A stretch of DNA of 64,000 bases from a candidate division WOR-3 bacterium (GTDB lineage Bacteria > Hydrothermota > Hydrothermia > UBA1063 > CAJXJZ01). The position numbers and the translations under genes are program-made. Position 1 is the first letter of the stretch. Every line of letters starts with the position of its first letter. The notes beneath the pieces were generated by a model, which saw only the letters and a program-made list of their open reading frames with translations, was not told the origin of the DNA and searched no databases. Below are positions 10,860-19,099 of the stretch, in pieces. The DNA lies in contig JALSNX010000028.1 of the NCBI GenBank assembly GCA_026986775.1, positions 7,609 to 71,608 on the forward strand, in the 5' to 3' direction.

Positions 10860-11580
10860 TGTTCAGTGCCTCCACAAAAATATCTTCAAGGCGTTTATTT
10901 AAAAGCATGTTCCTTTCTATTTCCTTTATGATTTTACCGCGATTTAAAATGAGAATCCTGTCACACATATCCTCTATGTCTTCAAGAATGTGAGATGTAA
11001 AGAATACTGTTTTGCCTTTATTTTTATGTTCAATTATGAGTTCTTTTGCCATCTTTCTCCCCAGGGGGTCAAGCCCGGAAAGCGGCTCATCTAAAATCAC
11101 AAATTCTGGACTACCAAGGAACGCCTGTGCAAGTCCGAGCCTCTGGACCATACCTTTTGAGTATTTCCTTATGGATTTTTTTTCACTGCCCTGTAAACCC
11201 ACTCTAAAAATTAAAGATTCTATGGTGTCTTTAATTTTTTTACTGTTTACCCCTCTCAATCCTCCTACAAAACTCAAAAACTCAACTGCATTAAGATTTT
11301 CAAAAAACACAGGGTTTTCAGGAAGATATGCTATTCTTCTTTTGATTTTAACATCATGTGTATAAGATCCGAACACCCTAACATTACCCTTATCCGGAAA
11401 TAAAAGTCCGAGCATAATTTTTATAGTTGTACTCTTACCCTGCCCATTAAGCCCAACAAGACCCAGTATTTCTCCCTTCTTTACCCTGAAGGATATGCCA
11501 CTGAGTACCTTCTGCATGGGACCACCAATATCTTTTATCCTGAAGGATTTTTCCACCTCTTTAAACTCAACGATTTTCAT
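10831..11580 (-). CDS. ABC transporter ATP-binding protein
   Basis: 249 aa. Walker A GLNGQGKSTT, signature LSGGMVQRLGLA-like motif (SKGMVQRLGLAQA), Walker B ILDEP. Confidence 0.9.
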   Translation of the reverse strand: MKIVEFKEVEKSFRIKDIGGPMQKVLSGISFRVKKGEILGLVGLNGQGKSTTIKIMLGLLFPDKGNVRVFGSYTHDVKIKRRIAYLPENPVFFENLNAVEFLSFVGGLRGVNSKKIKDTIESLIFRVGLQGSEKKSIRKYSKGMVQRLGLAQAFLGSPEFVILDEPLSGLDPLGRKMAKELIIEHKNKGKTVFFTSHILEDIEDMCDRILILNRGKIIKEIERNMLLNKRLEDIFVEALNNGADAVSHA

Positions 11581-11615
11581 CGCATTCTAAATTATAAGTT
11601 GAAAAATGTGGATAT

Positions 11616-11645
11616 AAAAAAAAGGGGGCCAGAGCCCCCTTTTTA
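11616..11645 (-). terminator. Rho-independent terminator downstream of the type IV pilin gene (hairpin GGGGGC-caga-GCCCCC flanked by A and T runs; potentially bidirectional)
   Basis: Plus-strand sequence aaaaaaaaGGGGGCcagaGCCCCCttttt. On the minus strand the stem is followed by an 8-T run, 17 nt after the pilin stop codon. Confidence 0.6.
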
Positions 11646-11661
11646 GCTTCTACAATATTTC

Positions 11662-12168
11662 TTACTGGAGTACCCAGTTGTTACCACTCGGACCTGCTAC
11701 ACCATTAAAGTCATCCTGCTGTGCGACAGAGGCAGGACAGTCACCATCCTGAAGTAGGACATTGACATTTCCGTCAGCCTTATCAAAGTAAATACCCTGC
11801 ACGTCAGAATCTGCACCATAATAGGTATCACCATTTACGTGTTTTGTCACCATGGTGTAACTCACATAATTAGCATCTGTATGTATGGTGATAGAAACCT
11901 TTGTAGAGAGGTTAAATGTCTCTGTATGTGTACCATCACTGATTGTTACCTGGTTAGGTGCAGAAACCACACCGCCAGTGTTGCCATAGCTCTGCCAGTC
12001 AGCAAAGAATGCTTCCTCTGTGGTTCTTGCGTTTCTCAGGTCACTCTCTGCAGAGCCATTGTATGCTCTTATTCTGTATTTTGCGAACTGCGGTATGGCT
12101 ATTGCAGCCAGGATCGCAATGATTGCGATCACGATGAGGAGTTCTATCAGTGTGAACCCTTTCCTCAT
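11662..12168 (-). CDS. Type IV pilin (PilA-like major pilin/pseudopilin) with an N-terminal prepilin methylation motif
   Basis: 168 aa. MRKGFTLIELLIVIAIIAILAAIAIPQF shows the class III signal (G|FTLIEL) and a hydrophobic alpha1 helix. A Cys (DGDC) is in the C-terminal region. Strong SD GGAGGT 6 nt upstream. Confidence 0.9.
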   Translation of the reverse strand: MRKGFTLIELLIVIAIIAILAAIAIPQFAKYRIRAYNGSAESDLRNARTTEEAFFADWQSYGNTGGVVSAPNQVTISDGTHTETFNLSTKVSITIHTDANYVSYTMVTKHVNGDTYYGADSDVQGIYFDKADGNVNVLLQDGDCPASVAQQDDFNGVAGPSGNNWVLQ

Positions 12169-12214
12169 GTTAATACCTCCTGTTTGTTTTTATTTTTCAC
12201 TTCACTAATTATAT

Positions 12215-12231
12215 AGCAATCTATATGCCAA
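12215..12231 (-). promoter_or_regulatory. Candidate sigma-54 (RpoN) -24/-12 promoter driving the pilin gene
   Basis: Minus strand reads TGGCAT-ataga-TTGCT. GG and GC are spaced exactly as in the consensus TGGCACG-N4-TTGCW. It lies about 45 nt upstream of the pilin ATG, leaving room for a roughly 35-nt leader. Confidence 0.5.
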
Positions 12232-12314
12232 ATCAAACCCTTATTTTAAAAGCAATTTTAAGGATAATTTCGCATTTTCCACTTGCAGGATGCAACTCGT
12301 ATTGCATTTTGCAA

Positions 12315-13670
12315 TCATTTAATAAGCACCCCCCTATTATAACCTATATAAACCCTGTTATTAAACTCTGCAACGGCTGTAATCCCTTTTACTTCAGGTT
12401 GACCGGGATCAAATGTCTTCCAGTTGCGATGAGCAAAATCGTACATAACAACTCTGTTTGAAGATGCGAGATACACCGAATTATCAGAAGCAACACCGCT
12501 ATGGATGGATAAAAGGTTAAAGGGACTCTTTATAAGATTAATCTTTTTATCTGAAATTATAAATAGTCCCCTCCTTGCCGGCACGTAAATGGCACTATAA
12601 CCCTGAACAATGTAATTGGTTAAAATGGGTTCGTTTTCATAATCAACCTCATTTAAAACAGTATCTTTCAGGGTATAGAGTTTTCCATTCGCAATTAGAT
12701 AAATATCATTAAAAGAGGCAGTGGCATATTTTATAGGCATGATAGAAGTAAAATAGCGCTTTACAGAACCATCATCACTAACTGTAAGTATGCAATTTCG
12801 GGTTGCTATAAAGTTATAGGTTTCGGTATTGAAAGCACAGACAGCATCACCACAGCCTCCATCAAAAGATGTGAAGAAATACGGGTCACTGAGTGTATAA
12901 AAGCCGTTTTTGTTTAAAAGTAAAACGCTTTCACCGATATATAGAAAATCAACAGGACTGAACCCATACTGAAAACAGTCTGTGGAGAGAGAATTTACAT
13001 AATCATCAGAGATCTTCGTCACTCCGGCGGCATGAAGCACGTAAAGGGTATCAAACACTACACCTAACCGATACACAGGAGGCTCTATATTTATATAGAC
13101 TCTCTTTTTCAACTTCTTCATTCTTCTGTCAAATACATATACCCCATTTGCTTTGGTACCAACATAGTCCAGATCATATCCTCCAGCATAACCTGTTGGC
13201 TCAGAAAAAACGTGACAGGGATTTTCATATGTCCTTGTTTTAAGGTACAGGGGCAGAGAACGGGGCTTTGTTAAAAACATGGTATCTATATAAATAGCGG
13301 GCGCAGGCTGGTTAAACTTTGACAGGTATCGCCTGGTACCGTTCTTGTAAAGAAGCATTATTATACCTGCTGAAAACCCCATACCTACAACGCCTCCAAC
13401 CATACCCACCTTTTTTAACGATTCAAAAAAAGGAGAATATACGTAAAGCATTCCGTCTTTTGTAACAAACGCAATCTCACCTGAACGGGAATCATAAGAG
13501 GCAAGACGAACCCATTTTGTGGCATAGGATGAAACAATACCCTCGTTGTTATCATAAACAAAAATCCCGCCATCTGTTGCAGCACAAAATCCTCTGCCTG
13601 TAAACTGCATAGAATTTACATGGGAGAAATCTGCAAGATACAACGTGGCAAATAAGAACAGTTTAATCAT
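12315..13670 (-). CDS. Secreted hypothetical protein (possible beta-rich or beta-propeller fold)
   Basis: 451 aa. N-terminal hydrophobic signal MIKLFLFATLYLADFS. Many Y/F/G-rich repeats. I recognise no catalytic motif. Confidence 0.55.
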   Translation of the reverse strand: MIKLFLFATLYLADFSHVNSMQFTGRGFCAATDGGIFVYDNNEGIVSSYATKWVRLASYDSRSGEIAFVTKDGMLYVYSPFFESLKKVGMVGGVVGMGFSAGIIMLLYKNGTRRYLSKFNQPAPAIYIDTMFLTKPRSLPLYLKTRTYENPCHVFSEPTGYAGGYDLDYVGTKANGVYVFDRRMKKLKKRVYINIEPPVYRLGVVFDTLYVLHAAGVTKISDDYVNSLSTDCFQYGFSPVDFLYIGESVLLLNKNGFYTLSDPYFFTSFDGGCGDAVCAFNTETYNFIATRNCILTVSDDGSVKRYFTSIMPIKYATASFNDIYLIANGKLYTLKDTVLNEVDYENEPILTNYIVQGYSAIYVPARRGLFIISDKKINLIKSPFNLLSIHSGVASDNSVYLASSNRVVMYDFAHRNWKTFDPGQPEVKGITAVAEFNNRVYIGYNRGVLIK

Positions 13671-15150
13671 TCAAAACTCCCATTGCTTTATGTATGTTTT
13701 CCACAAGGTCATGTGGAACATAGTAGGGACCATTCATCTCCTCATACAGAATATCTCCTAAAAGTGCATGAATAAAGACTCCTGCAAGGAGCGCATTGGA
13801 TAAGTCATCTGTCTGAACCAGAAGTCCCCCTATTATACCTGAAAGCACATCACCACTTCCACCCTTCCCAAGCCCCTCATTTCCAAGAACATTCACGTAA
13901 TTTCCATAAGATGTTGATAAAATTGTGGGATTTCCTTTTAAAACCACTTCAAATCCTGTTCGTTCTCTAAGTTTCAATGCAAACGCAAACCTTTCTCTGT
14001 CAATATCATGTGGAGGCGATTTAACAAGAAGTGCAGCCTCACCGGGATGAGGGGTAATGGCAACCTTATCCCTTTTTTCAATATGTTTTAATTCAGAAAG
14101 AGTCCATATGCCATCAGCATCAACAATCAGGGGCAAATCTTTTTTAGCTAAAAGCATCTTTAAAATGTTTACGGTATCATCCCTTCTGCCAACACCCGGA
14201 CCAAATACCACTCCATCAGGCTCAAATTCTCCAATAAGTCTTTCTATGTCACTATAATTCTCGTATGAAACTACCACAGGGTCTATAATTTTAGCGCTAA
14301 CCTGTGTATATACCTCTTTTCGCACAGCAAGATACACCAATCCCGCACCTATTTTCTGGGCTGCATCTGCCACAAGTTGCGGTGCACCTGTATATCCCGA
14401 TGAGCCTGCAATAACCAGAAGTTTCCCGTTTTTCCCTTTATGTTCATTACCCAGTTTAAAGGGAAGATAAAACTCCTCTTCATCAAGAAGCCTGAAAGGA
14501 GGTTCAAACGGTATATTGTATGGCACACCTATGTCTATTACGTAGATTTCGCCAGCGTAAAACCTTCCCGGATACAAAAGCAATCCTCTTTTCGGAAAAG
14601 CCATTGTTCCCGTAATATCTGCCAAAACAGCGGTTTTACCGACCATGCCTGTAAGTCCATTTACACCACTCGGAATATCCACTGAGACAACACATGCATC
14701 CTGCTGGTTTATTACATCTATCAAATCTGCAATCTCCCCCTTTACCTCACCCTTAAAGCCAGTTCCAAAAATCGCATCCACAATGATATCAGCCTCTTTC
14801 AGATATGCCATGTCAAAATCATGAAGTTTTACTACTTCTCCGCCCAGTTTTTTGAAGAGTAAATAATTTTTCCTTGCCTCACCTTTAAGTTTTGAAAATT
14901 TACCCGTAAACACCACAAGAACCTTATATCCCCTGTTTAAAAGGTATCTTGCAACAACAAACCCATCTCCTCCATTATTGCCGCCACCTGCGCATACTAT
15001 TACCTTATCACCTTCACACTCCGATTCAATTATCTCCACTATACCTCTACCTGCGGATTCCATCAGAGTAAACCCTGGAATGCCAAACTCTTTTATGGTC
15101 CATCTGTCAATCTCTCTCATTTCATCCGGGGTTAAAACAAAAGTTCCCAT
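13663..15150 (-). CDS. nnr: Bifunctional NAD(P)H-hydrate repair enzyme: YjeF-N epimerase plus ADP-dependent dehydratase
   Basis: 495 aa. N-terminal VIVCAGGGNNGGDGFVVARYL (YjeF_N). C-terminal carbohydrate-kinase-like GKNGKLLVIAGSSGYTGAPQL ... GGSGDVLSG. Confidence 0.9.
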   Translation of the reverse strand: MGTFVLTPDEMREIDRWTIKEFGIPGFTLMESAGRGIVEIIESECEGDKVIVCAGGGNNGGDGFVVARYLLNRGYKVLVVFTGKFSKLKGEARKNYLLFKKLGGEVVKLHDFDMAYLKEADIIVDAIFGTGFKGEVKGEIADLIDVINQQDACVVSVDIPSGVNGLTGMVGKTAVLADITGTMAFPKRGLLLYPGRFYAGEIYVIDIGVPYNIPFEPPFRLLDEEEFYLPFKLGNEHKGKNGKLLVIAGSSGYTGAPQLVADAAQKIGAGLVYLAVRKEVYTQVSAKIIDPVVVSYENYSDIERLIGEFEPDGVVFGPGVGRRDDTVNILKMLLAKKDLPLIVDADGIWTLSELKHIEKRDKVAITPHPGEAALLVKSPPHDIDRERFAFALKLRERTGFEVVLKGNPTILSTSYGNYVNVLGNEGLGKGGSGDVLSGIIGGLLVQTDDLSNALLAGVFIHALLGDILYEEMNGPYYVPHDLVENIHKAMGVLND

Positions 15151-15599
15151 ATTCCCTCCTTCTTCAACCTCTTTATCATTAAATCTATATGTGAACCTCT
15201 CCAGTAAATTTTATTGCATACTGGACAGAACTTAAACTCATTGAAGTTCTTATAAGTGAAATAGGGCACTTTACCCCTTACATTTTCATGGGGAATGTCC
15301 AAAAGAGGTGCATTACATTTTGAACATCTCGTAAGTATGCGGGGTTCTCTGATATTAAAATGCTTTATTACATCCTTTAGTTGTTCAAACAGAAAATCAC
15401 TTTCAAGCACATATACATTTTTATAAGGAAGGCGATTGAACTCTGTATTTCTCGTAAGAATAACCCTGTTTTCCGCATCAGCTATTTTTAAAAGTGCATC
15501 AGGTTCATGAAAATGCGTTGATTCTGTGTCCTGCCCGAGAAATCTCAACCATTTTGCAAGTTTGAGGACAGTAGCATCGCATAAAAACTTAAAACTCAT
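15132..15599 (-). CDS. Mut7-C/DUF82 family protein (PIN-like RNase domain plus C-terminal Zn ribbon)
   Basis: 155 aa. KFLCDATVLKLAKWLRFLGQD N-terminus typical of Mut7-C. C-terminal CxxC...CPVC zinc ribbon. Confidence 0.6.
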   Translation of the reverse strand: MSFKFLCDATVLKLAKWLRFLGQDTESTHFHEPDALLKIADAENRVILTRNTEFNRLPYKNVYVLESDFLFEQLKDVIKHFNIREPRILTRCSKCNAPLLDIPHENVRGKVPYFTYKNFNEFKFCPVCNKIYWRGSHIDLMIKRLKKEGIWELLF

Positions 15600-16368
15600 G
15601 CTGAAGTTTTATGAGTATCTCCCTGAATAAAAATGCTGCCTTTGTGGCTGAATTTGTGGAGTGGTCCATAAGAGGTGAAAATTCCACTATGTCCGCTGCC
15701 ATAATGTTTTTAAGTAGCAGTATCTCATCCAAAATTTCCATTATTCCCTTTCCTCCCGGTTCTGGATTCGTAACGCCGGGAAATTCGGATGGATTGATTA
15801 CATCAAGGTCTAAAGTGAGATAAACTGGAGTTTTTATGTTCAAAAGCTCATTTCTGTAGTCTTCCCATGCGTAAAAGATATTTTTACTTTTTTCTTCGCA
15901 CGGTGCCTTTGTTCTAACTCCAACTGTAATTACATTCTCTTTGCCAATGAGTTTTTCCACGTGATACATGAAGGTTGCATGGTTATAAACCTCTTTTTCA
16001 AACTCAGGACGTCTGTCCATGTGTGCATCAAAATGCACCACCGTAAAATTAAGGTCAAGTTCTTCTTTCAAATATACGATTAGAGGGAAGGTAATAAAAT
16101 GGTCTCCCCCCAGTGCAACAAAAGGAGGAAATAGTTTTATGTCTTTTAACTTTTCTATAAGAAAATCCGCAAAATACTTTCCCTTTATATCAAGGGGCGG
16201 ATAAAAGTCTGAAAGGTCGTGGTATTCTTTAAGTTCTCTTTCCTGAATAACAGAGTAGTATTCTAAAGATGAAAGATGGTACCTTATAAAACCTGGTGCA
16301 AGTGCTGCACCTTTCTGGAAATTTTCACTGCCCTCATAGGGTATGCCAAATACACTAACCAATGGCAT
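15589..16368 (-). CDS. speB: Agmatinase/ureohydrolase (arginase family); could be agmatine or N1-aminopropylagmatine ureohydrolase
   Basis: 259 aa. Mn-binding motifs GGDHFITFP, VHFDAHMD, LTLDLDVINP are characteristic of the arginase/agmatinase fold. Confidence 0.85.
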   Translation of the reverse strand: MPLVSVFGIPYEGSENFQKGAALAPGFIRYHLSSLEYYSVIQERELKEYHDLSDFYPPLDIKGKYFADFLIEKLKDIKLFPPFVALGGDHFITFPLIVYLKEELDLNFTVVHFDAHMDRRPEFEKEVYNHATFMYHVEKLIGKENVITVGVRTKAPCEEKSKNIFYAWEDYRNELLNIKTPVYLTLDLDVINPSEFPGVTNPEPGGKGIMEILDEILLLKNIMAADIVEFSPLMDHSTNSATKAAFLFREILIKLQHEF

Positions 16369-17173
16369 TTTTTATAAACTCCGGAAGGGCAAAGAGATGT
16401 TCCTGTATGCTTTTATTGTAGTATTTCAGTCCTTCAGGTATATAATCTCTTTTCACAACAAGTTCCGTATCCGTGGCAATGGTAAAACTCCAGAATCCCC
16501 CTGGATACGTGGGAACTGGAGCAAGATAAAGTTTTACCTCTTTAAAGAGTCTCTTAAGGTTCTTAATCTGCTCTTTTATAACACCAAGATGATACCATGG
16601 AGATTCAGATTGAAAAACTACAATGCCATCATCTTTTAAATTCTTTTTAATGCTTTTATAAAAATCAAGCGAGTAAAGGGCAACAGCCGGACCTACAGGA
16701 TCAGAAGAGTCAACAAAGAGAAGGTCAAACCTTTCATTTCTTTCATTTAAATATTTTACACCGTCCTCATAGTAAATACTGACTCTCTCATCTTTCAGAC
16801 GGGATGATGTAAACTCAAGGTATCTCTCGCTAACTTCAACCACCATCTTATCTATTTCTATGAGCAAAACAGATTCCACATCTGGATATTTAAGTATCTC
16901 TCTTACAGTGCCTCCATCCCCGCCCCCTATAACCCCAGCCTTTTTAACCTGTTCCTTAAAAGAAAAGGCAGGATGAACAAGCATTTCATGATAAACAAAT
17001 TCATCACGCTCTGTAAGCATCACAAGACCATCAAGAACCAGCATCCTGCCAAAAGTTTCTGTCTCAAAAACCTTTATTTCCTGATATGGAGACTTCGCAG
17101 AAAAGAGTTCCCTTTTTATTTTGAATATTATACCCGTTCCTTTATCGTGGAATTCTGTGAAGAACTGGTTCAT
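16355..17173 (-). CDS. speE: Spermidine synthase/aminopropyltransferase
   Basis: 272 aa. VLDGLVMLTERDEFVYHEMLVHPA, VIGGGDGGTVREILKY, DSSDPVGPA. Full SpeE signature set. Confidence 0.9.
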   Translation of the reverse strand: MNQFFTEFHDKGTGIIFKIKRELFSAKSPYQEIKVFETETFGRMLVLDGLVMLTERDEFVYHEMLVHPAFSFKEQVKKAGVIGGGDGGTVREILKYPDVESVLLIEIDKMVVEVSERYLEFTSSRLKDERVSIYYEDGVKYLNERNERFDLLFVDSSDPVGPAVALYSLDFYKSIKKNLKDDGIVVFQSESPWYHLGVIKEQIKNLKRLFKEVKLYLAPVPTYPGGFWSFTIATDTELVVKRDYIPEGLKYYNKSIQEHLFALPEFIKNAIG

Positions 17174-17661
17174 TAAAAAAGCGCCACTCCTGCAAACACT
17201 GACACTATACCTTCTACTTTCCTTGATATGGTTTTCACCTTTATCTCTTTAACCTTTATACCCCTCATTTCCATGGCATCTTCAGCCATTTGAATAAGAA
17301 GTTTTTCCGCATCCTTTTCTGAGAGATACCCCGAATACTCCATTATCACACCATGCTCCATGGAATTTTCTGGAATGGCTACAGAAATGCCAGCGGTAAT
17401 GAGAGTGCCTTCCTCGGAGCTTTCAATACTTCCATAGGCAATTGGTAGCAGGCTACCTGCAGGAAGGGCTATGGAATTTTGCTCCCTTGCGCCTGGTGGT
17501 AAAATGCTGGATACTCTTATGAGATTGTATCTTGAAATACCAGCATCGTGTAATGCTGCATCAAAGGCATTAAGGTGGGTTCTGCCTCTGCCACTGCCTG
17601 ACACTATTATGAAATTTTCAGGCTTTCCAAACATAGGGCTTTTTGTCTGTAATGATAGCAC
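17173..17661 (-). CDS. pdaD: Pyruvoyl-dependent arginine decarboxylase
   Basis: 162 aa. FIIVSGSGRGRTHLNAFDAALHDAGISRYNLIRVSSILPPGA matches the PdaD family including the Ser-Ser self-cleavage region. Confidence 0.85.
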   Translation of the reverse strand: MLSLQTKSPMFGKPENFIIVSGSGRGRTHLNAFDAALHDAGISRYNLIRVSSILPPGAREQNSIALPAGSLLPIAYGSIESSEEGTLITAGISVAIPENSMEHGVIMEYSGYLSEKDAEKLLIQMAEDAMEMRGIKVKEIKVKTISRKVEGIVSVFAGVALF

Positions 17662-18532
17662 CTTCTCTCATACTCTTTTTCATATATGGAGGAAGAACAG
17701 TCTTTGCAAAAAAGTATTCCGGGGTAAAGTAGTGTATCCTGTCCTTCAAAGCAGCAAATCGCTTTATCATGTCGTTTTTTCTCTCATTGAGCGCGTATTT
17801 CTTTGAAGCGATAAGAAATGCCCAGTTGAGCTGGAATGAAAATATATATTCATGATAACCGAATACAACAGGGAAAACCTCTTTCAATGTGGCACTAAGG
17901 GCTGATATAAACTCTGTGTACAGGTATTCTGCACTGCCTGCCTGCGCCACAAATACAGCATCAGGCGACATTCTGTCCTTCAGTATCTCATAAAAGTCCT
18001 TTGTGAAGAGGTATATGGCAGGTCCCTCCTCTACGGGCTCTGTAAGGTCGGATATAACCACATCAAAAGGCTCTCCACTGTATTCTTCCACAAATTTCCT
18101 TGCATCCTGAAATAAAACAATGCTTCTTTTGTCATCAAAACTACCATCATGCCACGAAGGCAGATACTCTTTGCACATTTTTACAAGTTCTTCATCAATG
18201 TCAACCATGTAAACTTTTTCAACTGGATGTTTTAAAACCTCCCTCAGGGTTGCGCCCTCTCCCCCGCCCATTATAAGGACATTTCGCGGTGCCGGATGAA
18301 GAAGCATTGCAGGATGAACAAGCATATCATGGTAAATATGCTCATCTATTTCTGCTGACTGCAATTTCCCATCAAGAAAAAGGGTTCTACCAAATGCAAA
18401 GAGATCAAGTATTTCAGCATACTGATACATTGTCTTTTTACCTGCCACATACCTCTTCACACGATACTGAAATCTTAAACCTTCAGTGTACGGCTCTTCA
18501 AACCACAAATTACTGTCCGGGTCCTTATCCAT
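17618..18532 (-). CDS. Second aminopropyltransferase (SpeE paralog); candidate agmatine, thermospermine or long/branched-chain polyamine synthase
   Basis: 304 aa. LFLDGKLQSAEIDEHIYHDMLVHPA, IMGGGEGATLREVLKH, ISDLTEP. A SpeE fold with a distinct N-terminal region. Confidence 0.85.
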   Translation of the reverse strand: MDKDPDSNLWFEEPYTEGLRFQYRVKRYVAGKKTMYQYAEILDLFAFGRTLFLDGKLQSAEIDEHIYHDMLVHPAMLLHPAPRNVLIMGGGEGATLREVLKHPVEKVYMVDIDEELVKMCKEYLPSWHDGSFDDKRSIVLFQDARKFVEEYSGEPFDVVISDLTEPVEEGPAIYLFTKDFYEILKDRMSPDAVFVAQAGSAEYLYTEFISALSATLKEVFPVVFGYHEYIFSFQLNWAFLIASKKYALNERKNDMIKRFAALKDRIHYFTPEYFFAKTVLPPYMKKSMREGAIITDKKPYVWKA

Positions 18533-18544
18533 ACACTTCCTACC

Positions 18545-18949
18545 TTACACGTATGCTTCTTCCTTAACTGAATCAGCATATTTGTACATGTCCTGCTCGC
18601 GGAAAACTCCACGCTTCATTTCCATTACAGTCATATGTCCCGGTCTGAAGTACTTTTCAAAGAGTTTTAAAGCCACATCTATATCAACATCATCAGAGCA
18701 GTAGAAATAATCTACAGCAGCATAACCATGTTCAGGCCATGTGTGTATTGAAAGATGGGATTCTTCTATTATAACCACACCTGAGACTCCATGTGGCTGG
18801 AACTGATGGAAGAATGAACCGAGGGCGTGGGCATTGGATTTTTTTGCTATATCAAGGAATGCTCTCTCAACCTGATCCTTATTTTTGAGGGTTTCAGGAT
18901 CACAATCATACATTTCTATTATTACATGCACCCCAAGGGCTTTTTTCAA
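18545..18949 (-). CDS. speH: S-adenosylmethionine decarboxylase proenzyme (small SpeH/class 1a type)
   Basis: 134 aa. GVHVIIEMYDCD ... VIIEESHLSIHTWPE contains the ES serinolysis/pyruvoyl-forming site. Confidence 0.9.
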   Translation of the reverse strand: MKKALGVHVIIEMYDCDPETLKNKDQVERAFLDIAKKSNAHALGSFFHQFQPHGVSGVVIIEESHLSIHTWPEHGYAAVDYFYCSDDVDIDVALKLFEKYFRPGHMTVMEMKRGVFREQDMYKYADSVKEEAYV

Positions 18950-18979
18950 TTATCCACCTCCTTTTTTTGTTTTACACAT

Positions 18980-19039
18980 TCACCAGTTATCCAGATAAAG
19001 CCTGCCCAGGTACAAACAGCATCGGGCATACTCACACAT
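18980..19039 (-). CDS. Candidate 19-aa Cys-rich leader peptide ORF (MCEYARCCLYLGRLYLDNW) between the operon promoter and speH
   Basis: ATG at 19039 is preceded by a strong SD (AAGGGAGGTGAtata). The stop TGA falls 30 nt before the speH start. It is located downstream of a consensus sigma-70 promoter. The ORF is too short for the supplied ORF track. Confidence 0.35.
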   Translation of the reverse strand: MCEYARCCLYLGRLYLDNW

Positions 19040-19070
19040 TATATCACCTCCCTTTCTTTGTGAGTATTTT

Positions 19071-19099
19071 ATTATAGAAAACCATGCCTGCACGGTCAA
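19071..19099 (-). promoter_or_regulatory. Near-consensus sigma-70 promoter of the polyamine operon (TTGACC-N17-TATAAT)
   Basis: Minus strand reads TTGACCgtgcaggcatggttttcTATAAT. The -10 is at 19076..19071 and the -35 at 19099..19094. It sits 30 nt upstream of the leader-ORF ATG. Confidence 0.55.

Noticed and set aside
11581-11616. A possible promoter (cTTATAATtt plus a weak -35) directly upstream of the ABC ATPase ATG.
   Set aside because: The -35 is poor and the spacing to the ATG (8 nt) is odd. It could be a leaderless promoter, but the evidence is too thin to list.
17618-17661. The 44-nt overlap of the pdaD start with the end of the upstream SpeE paralog, considered as a possible mis-called start.
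   Set aside because: An alternative Met at codon 10 (MFGKPENF) still overlaps. Overlaps are the rule in this operon, so neither start can be excluded and the gene call stands.
18827-19063. The plus-strand 78-aa ORF in the speH upstream gap.
   Set aside because: The opposite strand carries a consensus promoter, an SD-led small ORF and the speH start. The plus-strand ORF has no SD, and its product is low-complexity.
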